Shown: positions 52,503-61,876 of the stretch, piece by piece | How positions within the stretch are numbered: position 1 is the stretch's first letter | Layout of the letters: each line of letters begins with the position of its first letter | Assembly (NCBI GenBank): GCA_000388065.2 | Contig: KB932205.1 | DNA: 64,000 bases | Strand: one strand, 5' to 3' | Origin: Fonticula alba ATCC 38817 | Lineage: Eukaryota > Protista > Nucleariida | Translations under genes and position numbers: made by a program | Notes under the pieces: model-generated | Database searches by the model: none | Seen by the model: only the letters and a program-made list of their open reading frames with translations | What the model was told of the DNA's origin: nothing

Positions 52503-55500
52503 ATGGGTTCACGCTCACGCACCGGCCGCCGTGGCCGTCCCTCCGCGACTCGGCCCGGCTCATCGCACTCCACCACCACCGCCACCACTACCAATATCGC
52601 CACGCGCAGCACGCCCGTCACCGAGGCTGCCAGCCGGCGGTCCTTGTCGTCCAGCGTGGCAGCCATCGGCGCGGCGCTGCTGCTCATGTCCCCGAGTCTG
52701 AGCATGGCCGCGCCGGTGGGCTGGGCCGAGGCCCGCAGCGACTCCGACAGCCCGCGACTGACGGAGGACGGCGGAGCCTGGATGGCCCGCGCGACGGCCG
52801 CCTCGGCCAGCGCCCCCCCCAGCCGCCTGGCAGTCCGCAGCGACACGGGCGTCCTGCCAGAGGGCGTGGAGATGGTGGCATGCGGTGGGCCGACCGCGCG
52901 CTCGCGCACCCGCTACTCCCCGAAGACACGCTCACGTCGTGAAGAGGAGGAGGAGGAGGAGGAAGACGAGGAAGAGGAGGAGGAGGAGGAGGAGGAGGAG
53001 GGCAAGTTCCGGAAGATGCAGAAGGCCGCCATGTTCCAACGGGTCATGTCCCCGGCGGCGACGGTGGTGCAGCCGCCGCTGGTGGTGGTGCAGGCCCCGC
53101 CCGCCCCATACTACCCACCCCCGATGCAGCACTATCACTACCACTCTTCGGGCGGCATGTGGCACTCCATGTACCGACGGGAGGCCGGCTCGGTGGCCGG
53201 CAGCAAAACCCTGGCCAAGCGGGCCATCCTGGACCCGAAGAATGTGGCCGCCGGGGTCAAGGTGGCCGGCCTGCCGGTGGGGAAGAACGTGGCCACCGGC
53301 CCGGGCGCCGTGCGCCCGGCGGCTCGTCAAGCTCGCGGGACCCTGGCCGAAGCGTCCTTCCGCCGTGGCCCCGCCGCCTCCTTCGAGGGCCGGGGGCCGC
53401 CTGCGGCGGAGCGCGGTGCACTGAAGCGCAGTGCGCCGGGGGCCGCCAGGCCCCGGGGGGATCCCCTGCGCGAAGTCCTGGCCGGCCATCCGTCCGTGGT
53501 GCTGGACGATGGCCGGGCCCAGGCGGCCGTCATGAACCCGGCTCTCATCCGCAACCCGGTGTTGCTGCAGGCCAACAGCATCCCGGCGGCCGCCGGGGCC
53601 CGGGCCCCACGGCCGCCCATGCACCCCGCCGGTGGGAGCATCCATCAGCAGACGGCCGAGGCGCGTGCTCGCGCGGCTGGCATTCTGGCCGACGCGCACC
53701 CGGACGAGGGGCTGATGCATGCCCTGCCGGCTCTGGACTTCATCCCGGCGGACGACCAGCATCCCGAGCAGGAGCCGGACACCCGCCGGCGGGAGGATGA
53801 CCAGGCGGCGCCGGGCTCGCCGGAGTACAAGCCGGCGGACCGGCTGCGTGCCTTCATCCGGCGCTCCCTGGGGGGTCTGTTCAATTGGGCCTGGTCGTCC
53901 GAGGTGTCGGACGATGCCCCGGCCGAAGTGGCCCCCGAGCCCGGCCTGGACACGGTTGTCTTCCCCGTCCGGGCCTCGGTCTCGGAGCTGGTGGTCCCGG
54001 TGGCGGCCCGGCGCCCGGGTGCCGCCCAAGAAGAAGAGCAGTATGCCGCTGGGGTGGCGGAGGAGCCGCGCCGGGGCCGGCCCGTCGCCCCGCCCGGATC
54101 GGCCAGCGCCGGGCCGCGCGTCGCTCTGGGTCCCGGCAGCCCGGTCGTCCTGGCCACGGACACGGCCCCGGTGGTGAGGCTGAATGCCGGCCTGCCGCGG
54201 GTGGTGGTCACCCGCCTGGCGGCGCGGGACACGGCCGACGCCGCGGCCGCGGCCAGGATCCAGGACCCGGCTGGCCTGGAGCCCCGCGGCAAGAAGACCC
54301 TCCTGGTGCCGGTGACCACCGTGGTGCCGGTCAAGGTTCCCAAGCGCACTGTGGCCGTGAACCCCCTGCCGGCGGTCATCCCGGCGGTGCCGGTGGCTCC
54401 GGTGGTGCCGGCAGCGGTGGTCAATGCCCCGGCGGCCGGGATCATGCTGCCGTCCATGCACCCGTACATGGCGCCGGCCGTGGCCGGGGCGGCCTTCCCC
54501 CCGATGCCCGGCGGCATGATGATCATGCCCCGGCGAGATGTGGTGGCCGACATGGAGGACCGCCGGCCGCGGGCAGCTCGATCGGTCATGGCCACAGCCG
54601 GCCACTATCACCGCCGGCGTCTGGCCGCGCGTGCCGAGGCCGAGCCGAAGAATGGCACCGACGCGGAGGCGGAGCACGAGCAGGAGGAGGACGCGACCCA
54701 GGACACCAGCAGCCCCATCGAGAAGGTGGCCAAGATGGTTGGGCATGTGGCCAAGAAGGAGCCTCTGAAGCCGGCCCTCGCGGCGGCCGGGGTCAACATC
54801 ACCCTGGCCGACATCCTGGAGCACACGCGTCTGGCTGGGCCGTCGAAGAATGGCGATGAAGGCGATGACGAGGAGGACGAGGAGGCCGAGGAGGCCGAGG
54901 AGGACTCCGAGGACGAGGGTTCCGAATCTGAATCCGACTCGGACTCGGACTCGGATTCGGACTCGGACTCGGACTCGGATTCGGACTCGGATTGCGGCTC
55001 GGAGTCTGCTAGCGACAGCGATTCGGACTCGGACGCCGAGGGCGTGAGCGACGACGGTGCCGGGTCCGGCGGCGAGGATGCCGGCAATGCCTCCGAGGAG
55101 GAGGAGGCCGAGGGTGAGTTGGTTGAGAAGGACCTGGACATTCGGCCCGCCGGCAGCGGCCCCGGCGACGGTGCCGCGGAGGATGATGCCACCGAGGACC
55201 AATCGGCTGGGGATGCCGAGGGGCGTGTGCGCCAGCGTCGTGCCCATGTCCACGCCGAGCCTCTGGCCCAGGCATACAGCTTTGTGCCTCGTGGCCGGTC
55301 GGCGACCAGCGAGAGGGCGCGACCTGTGGCCGCTGGTGACCGGCCGCGGCAGCGCCAGGGCGGCAGCGCCAGGGCGGCCACGGGCTCGACCCTGGATCGG
55401 GTGTACACGGCGGCCTTCTCCAACAGCAACCGCCAGCCGGCCGAGCGCCGCGTCCGGAACCAGTACTACGCCGACCTGGAGGACGGGGCCAGCGACGGGG

Positions 55501-55544
55501 CCAGCGAGTTTGCCCTGCTGCAGTACTGGGCCTCCGGCGAGTAG
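52503..55544 (+). CDS. Intronless ~1013-aa low-complexity protein, predicted secreted precursor with multiple dibasic processing sites
   Basis: ATG at 52503 is in frame with the long ORF ending TAG 55544. GC3-rich codon usage. Hydrophobic segment [18 protein letters not shown]. Poly-Glu, Pro/Val/Ala-rich blocks and an SD repeat. Confidence 0.8.
   Translation: [1013 protein letters not shown]
54921..55037 (+). repeat. (GACTCG/GATTCG)n hexamer repeat encoding a Ser-Asp dipeptide tract
   Basis: [36 protein letters not shown]. Confidence 0.92.
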
Positions 55545-57658
55545 TGGGCTGTGAGCTGCGCCTCTCGCGCGGCTCCTTTGGGGGGCTGCCCTGGGGCGCG
55601 CATTTGTGACGACAGAGGGGCGACGTGAGGGGCCCGAGGCCGGACCAGTGTGACTGGCGGGCAGGGGGTGGTGCTTAGCAGGGCGTCAGCCTGCTTCGCA
55701 CCTCTTACTTCGTGAGCCCCCGCCCCCCCCCCCCCCACTTCTTCAAGTGCCAGCATCGGCAATAGGCTGCCCCGCCGTGTACGACGGGAAAAGCCCGCTC
55801 GTGTGCACGCGCGCCTGTGTGTGTCTGTTCTTGTGTCTGGCCGATGGCAAATAGAATATTAGGACTCTCTTTCTCACCGAACACATGCCGGGGGAAGGGA
55901 TGGCGAGCAGCGGCGCATCGCAGTTTATGCTCGCCGGGTTGCAGGGGCGAGGGGCCTGAGCCAGGCGCGGCTACCTCCAGAGGGGCGGGAGGGCTCCATC
56001 ATGCGAGTGGCGCTTGGGGAGAAGGGTGAATGCACAGCTGGCTGCCGAGCTGCCGCCATTCGCGGGCCCCATTCACCCTGGCCAGATGCATCATGAATTT
56101 CACCTGCCTGCCTCTCGCTCACGTCCATCTTGTTTCCTCGTCTCACGCCCCCCCCCCCCCCCCCCAGGATTTTCCATGTGTTTCAGTGTTCAGCCGCTCA
56201 TCTGCACTCGGAGCACCGGCCGCCTGCGACATACACCTGCCCTTTCCTTCGAATCCATCCACTCGGTCCTCTGGCATTGTGGCTTCGTCGAAGAGCCTTG
56301 TGCCCCCCCCCATCTCCCCCCCCGCCTCCCTCTACCGGCATCTCGTGTGTTTTCTGTCCTTTTTGGCCCTGCCTGTGCTACCCTCTTTCTGTTTCCCCCT
56401 CGCTCAAGTAATCCCGCTCTGTTTCCCCAGATCTCTCTCTCCTTACTCAAACGCTTTATTCGGTGCACTATATGCGTATACGCCGACACATAGGCGCAAG
56501 TCTCCCTGCCCTCCCGCGGTCTCGAGAGGAAGGACGGCGTTCACAGTGTACAAGCATGTACGCGCACGTGAATGGTGCCACCCACTCCAGCCTGCCCGGC
56601 GTAGAAGGCCAGCACGGAAGATAAGGGGAGGCATGCGCGAGCAAAGCCCCCCCCCTCCCGTTCCCCTCTCGTGCACATGCCTTTGTCGCATGCATGATTT
56701 GTGTGGTGGTACACTTCTCCCCCACCGCGCTGTTTGTGGCTGCCCCCCCTCCCCCCACCCCTGGCCCCGCCGCCTCGTCCCAAGGCCCGCCCCCTGACCT
56801 GTGTGGGTCTCTTCTTTTGCTCGTGAGCGGGGAGAGAGAGAGACGCGTGCTATGGGCGACACATGCATGTGGTGCTTGGTGTGTGTGACTCTGCGCTATT
56901 GTGGTTTTCTGTCTGATGGGTGTGTATATGCGTCCACCACGCGGTCACCGCCGCCCGCCCTGGGGAAGAGGGGGGAGAGGCGAGGGCCCGGAGTGGTGGA
57001 GAGGGGATGGTGCGGAATGCGAGCGCAGACGCCTACTCTCGGCTTCCTCGCCGGTGAGTGGCAGAAGGGGGTGGAGGGGGGAGGCACGGGACCCCCCCCG
57101 CCCCCCCTCCCCTCCGTCAGGTGGGGCAGGAAAGAGGGGCGCCGGCGCTCGGGTTGTTGTTGTCGCTATTGTTACTGTTATATGTGGGTGAAAAAGAGCG
57201 AGGCCAGCCAAAGCCGGCTACTCAAATGAGAAGAAGCGGGGCCAAGAGGGACCGGGGGCAGGGGTGGCCGGCGTGTACAGGCTTGCTCTGGCCAGAAAGC
57301 CAGGTATGGCGAGGGGCCGCCATGAGGAGGGCGCGCGCCCGCCGCAAACACGGGCCGAGCATGCTCGGCCCTGGGGGATTGCGCACGCGCGCGTCGCTCT
57401 CTCGCTCATGTGTCCGTCTGCCTGGCATCCTGGGCCGGTTGGGCCCTTGTGTACATCTCTCGAGCGCCCCTAGTCCAGCCCGGATGCCCTGTTGTTGGTG
57501 GGGTGTGGGTGGTGCGCTGATATGGAGGGGATTGGTGGTGGTGGTGGTGGTGGTGGGGTTTTGCTCGGCCGCGGATTCTTCTTCTCCACCCTCATGCACA
57601 TACACGCGCTCGCGGGGGGACCCGACCCCGGTGTCGGGGAGGGGCACACAGAGGCCGC

Positions 57659-60600
57659 CTACATGTCAACACCGGCCTCGAAGAGGGTGCGCCCGGTGCG
57701 GCGCAGGCCGGGCTCGGAGCCGGCGGTCACGCCGACGCGCATGGAAGCCAGGCGCGGGTTGAACCGGTTGTAGGTGAAGTCCGTGCCGAAGAGGCCATCG
57801 CGAACCTCGTAGTCGTTCTCCTGGCCGTCGACGTCGAAGGTGGACACGCGCTGGGGCAGGCGCGGGTCCAGCATGAAGCGGGCGGTCTGGCCCAGGATAC
57901 CGTGGGGGTTGGTGGGCGGGCCGACCAGGCTGGCAGCCAGGTTGACGTAGGACTCGGAGATGAGGCCCTTCTCGACCTTGGTGCGGGCAACGATCTGCCA
58001 GCTGTCGGTGCGGACGGTGAGGCGGTGGCGGCCATCGACATGCTCGACGACGACATCGGCCTCGGGCAGCTCGATGGTGCCAGACGGGACCTGGGTGCCG
58101 TTGACGAAGGTGCCGAAGTGCGGGTCGTAGCCGATGGAGGTGGACCCGATGAGCATACCAATGCGGCCCATGTAGGTACCTGTGCGTGTGCGTGCGTGTG
58201 TGTGTGTGTGTGTTTTTGTGGGGGATGGTTGTGTTCCCACAAAAAAAACACGCACGGGCACGGACACACACACATATTAAGGAAGGGGTGTGTTTTGTGT
58301 GTCGGGTTGGTCAGGCCCGGGGCGTGGAAAGGGGGGGGGGGGTGTACGGAGTCAGTATCGGGTCATCGGGNNNNNNNNNNNNNNNNNNNNNNNNNNNNNN
58401 NNNNNNNNNNNNNNNNNNNNNNNNNNNNNNNNNNNNNNNNNNNNNNNNNNNNNNNNNNNNNNNNNNNNNNNNNNNNNNNNNNNNNNNNNNNNNNNNNNNN
58501 NNNNNNNNNNNNNNNNNNNNNNNNNNNNNNNNNNNNNNNNNNNNNNNNNNNNNNNNNNNNNNNNNNNNNNNNNNNNNNNNNNNNNNNNNNNNNNNNNNNN
58601 NNNNNNNNNNNNNNNNNNNNNNNNNNNNNNNNNNNNNNNNNNNNNNNNNNNNNNNNNNNNNNGGGGTGGCTCGTGCATGTGTGTGCCCCATGCACTCTCG
58701 AAGGAGCGTGTGCATGTGCCCACGCGAGCACCCCCCGCTGCCCCTGGGCGCGGCTGGGTAGCCTGTCCGCGGCACTTGGGGCTGACCCGCTTTGGTGCAT
58801 GAGCGCCGCTCGTTCGCTAAGCCCCTGTGGTCGCTCTCTTCGCTCGCCGCCCCTCTTTTGCGCCTCCCCTCTCCTCCCCCCGGTAAGTTGCTACTTGGGT
58901 CGCGCGTTTCATGCGGGAGCATGTGCAAAGGCAAAAGCGCATGCATGCCCGCGCTTCCTGCCCGCCCCTCCCCCCTCCGCCCCCTGTATGGCCGCGACTC
59001 TATACTCGCCGGCCGCGGGCACGTGCCCAAGTCTCTCTGCCACTGGGCCCCGTCGGGCTCCCTCGCTGCGCGGAGGGGAGAGAGGGGCGCGGCGGAGCCG
59101 CCTGTGCCGGAGTCCCTTTCGGGATCTGACATATTCAAGAGGAAGCTCGCGCACGCGGACACCTCTGCCCGGTCGCCCGGCCCTCTGCGCACCGGCGACC
59201 TTTCGGGCCCCCGCAGGCCTCCTCTTTGGCCGAGATGGGCGGGGGGATGCGCTCCCGAAGGGCCCCGGGCGCGGGGCATGGAGGATCGCTGGCTGTCCGC
59301 CGCCGCCATCGCACATGCATACGCCCGCCTCCGCCCCCCATCGTCCCCCTGTGGGCAGGGTGTTGGCCGAGGGGGCCGAGGGGCCAGCACGGGAGGAGCC
59401 AGTCGGGGCATAGACACGTGCGACGGCGGCGGCGGACAGCCAAGCACAGGTACTGGAAAAAAAGCGCGCGCCAAAGAGAGCGCCCCGAGAGGGAGGGAGA
59501 GAGCGCGCGAGACCGATACAACCACCCACACAGTCAAGCCTCTGTGGCGGGCGCGGGTGGGCAGCGCGCCCGTTGGCCGGTTCTCCTCACTTGCGGGGGC
59601 GCACGCACGGCCGGCACCACCACCACTACCACCGCACCACGCGAGCCGCCCTTGTATGCGCGCACACATACACACGCACAAGCGCCGTGGGTCTCCCGTT
59701 CTCGCACGAAGCAAGGGATGTGGGAGGATGCAGGAAAGGCTAGCAACACGCGCACGGGCGTGTGCCCGTGGCGTGAGATCTCGGCTATCATTGCGGCGCG
59801 CGCGCGCGTGGAGGACACGCGCGTGCTCGTTTCATGCGGCGAGACACGACGCGCCCCCCGACGGTGCGGTTGCTCTCAAGCGAGATGGCGGGACGACTGG
59901 GCGTTCCCCGGCCGCTCCGCCCCCCTCCCTCCCCTGGAGGGGCTGCTCGCGTGGTGGTGGGTGCCGGCCGTGTGGGGCCACATGCGACCGCCGTCTGCCC
60001 GGTGTGTGGCTGTGGTGTGTGCCCGTGTCTGTCTGCGTGCGTGCGTGCGGGCAAGCGGGTGCGCACACGCGCGCATAAATGCTCGACCTGACCGTGGGGC
60101 GCGCCGTCATAGTAGTTGCTACTTCGGTTTACCGCAGGCATTCGAGGGTCTTCGCTTCTCCTGCTCTTTTTTTGCACGTCACTCTCCGTCCCACCGAAGG
60201 CGGGGAGGGGGGGGGGGGGGGAACGCGGCCGCTTCCCTTCAGGCAGGCCGCCGGCCTCCACGAGGGGCAAGCACGCGAGCGCACCCACGCACCCACGCAA
60301 ACAGGCATGCACACACACACACACACACACACCCACCCATACACACAGAGAGACATGCACACGCATGGACATCTGGCTAGTGGCGCATATGCACCTCTGC
60401 CGGGCATGCCCCTCTCCCCGAGTGTCTCGCTCCCTCGCGCTCCCTCCCTCGCGCACGCTCTCTTGCTCGATACCATCCGACCCCTGTCCAACCTACTCTA
60501 CCCTGGCTGGCGCTTCGCCGCGGACCATCGGCCGACGGCTGCACCATGATGCTCTTGCTCACCCGGGACCGGGCACGCGTGCGACAGGGACAAACCGGCA

Positions 60601-61689
60601 CATGGTGCACGGGCCTTCTCCGCCGACACGTCCTCGCCCCTCTCCATCCGACAAAGGCGGCACAGGAGGGACGGAGACCCGAGGGGGGGCGGGGGCAGGG
60701 AAGCGGCACCACGCGAGGACACACTCCGACACTCGGAAGAAGGCGGGGGGGGCAGGGGGCGGCGAAGCGAGGCGCAATGGCGGCCAAGGCCGATCAGCGG
60801 ACACCCACCAGGGCATCCCCAGTCACGCGCGCCCGAGGGGCGGGGCGCAGGCAGCCCCATTCACGGACACAGGAACAGCTACAGCCGGGCAGGCACACGC
60901 CAGAAACCCAAGTGCACACACACACACACACACACATACACACACGGAAGGCACACGCGCGCACGCGCGCGAGCCAGCCTCTCAGGTCCCCACTCTGTCG
61001 GTCTTCCTCTCAGCAACACCACCTTCCGGCTTTCCAAATGGTCATGCTCACGTACCCTTGAGCGCATGCAGGCGGATGAACTGGGCGTTGACCTGGAAGT
61101 TGACATCGGAAATGATGTTGTAGTCGTGGCCGGCGAAGCCCTCGAAGTAGTAGGAGGCGCCGTTGAAGCCGACGAAGTGCGGGTCGTCGGTGGCGCTGCC
61201 CTGGCAGTTGGTGACGGACTTGCAGTTGTTCGGCTCCTCGGCACAGGCGAAGACCTGCAGGCCGTTGGCCGCGCACTGGGCGGTGGTCGGGTAGCTGACG
61301 GGGTTGGTGCCGGCCTGGCAGGCGGCCACGCTGCTGAAGCAGAGGGCGTTGCGCTGGCACGCGCAGGAGGCGCCATCGTTGCCGCCGCCGGTGGAGGGGC
61401 TGCTGGTGGGGCGAGGGTGCTTCTTGCCCTTCTTGCCCTTCTTGCCCTTCTTGCCGCCCTTGTTGCCCTTGCGGGCCCTCTTGGCGGCCTTCTTGGCGGC
61501 CTTGCGGGCGCGCTTGGCGGCCTTCTTGCCGCCACCGCCGCCACCGTGCTCATCATCATCATCATCATCGTCGTCCTCGTCGTCGCGGCGGCTGATGCGC
61601 GCGGCGTTGGCAGCGGTGGCGGCCAGCAGCAGCATGGCCAGCAGGGCCATGAGCAGGGCGCGCGGCAGGCGAGTCTTGGTCAGCTGCAT
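57659..61689 (-). CDS. Secreted protein: signal peptide, poly-Asp, Lys-rich block, 8-Cys module and vWD-like (D-D-P-H) domain; 2 exons, 384 aa
   Basis: Exon 1 61689-61056 (donor GTACGT, phase 1) joins exon 2 58179-57659 (acceptor CACAG) in frame: ...ALKG|TYMGRIG..., 1155 nt. Signal-like LLMALLAMLLLAATAANA. DDPHFVGFNGASYYFEG, YNIISDVNFQVNAQF, PHGILGQT, DYEVRDGLFGTDF. Confidence 0.82.
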
Positions 61690-61869
61690 GGTTGCTCGGT
61701 TGAGAGGGGGAGGGAGGGGAGGGGGGGGGAGTGTTCGGGGGGGTGGGTGGGAGAGTGGAGGGAGGGGAGAGGTAATTGCAGGGGTGGAGATTGGGAGAGA
61801 GGTCTTTCCCGGTTAGTCCAGAGTCTGCTATCTCGATGGCCCGATTGGCCGGCGTCCTGTCTACCAGCC

Positions 61870-61876
61870 TTAAATA
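61870..61876 (-). promoter_or_regulatory. Candidate TATA-like element (TATTTAA) ~180 nt upstream of the vWD-like gene start
   Basis: AT-rich heptamer in otherwise GC-rich DNA, oriented with the gene. Confidence 0.35.

Noticed and set aside
52932-55253. 773-aa antisense ORF, and similar antisense ORFs over RasGAP exon 8 and the ARM exons
   Set aside because: Shadow frames caused by strong GC3 bias of the real sense-strand genes.
58792-60078. 428-aa ORF nested in the large intron
   Set aside because: Low-complexity GC-rich translation with no motifs; no transposase or reverse-transcriptase signature.
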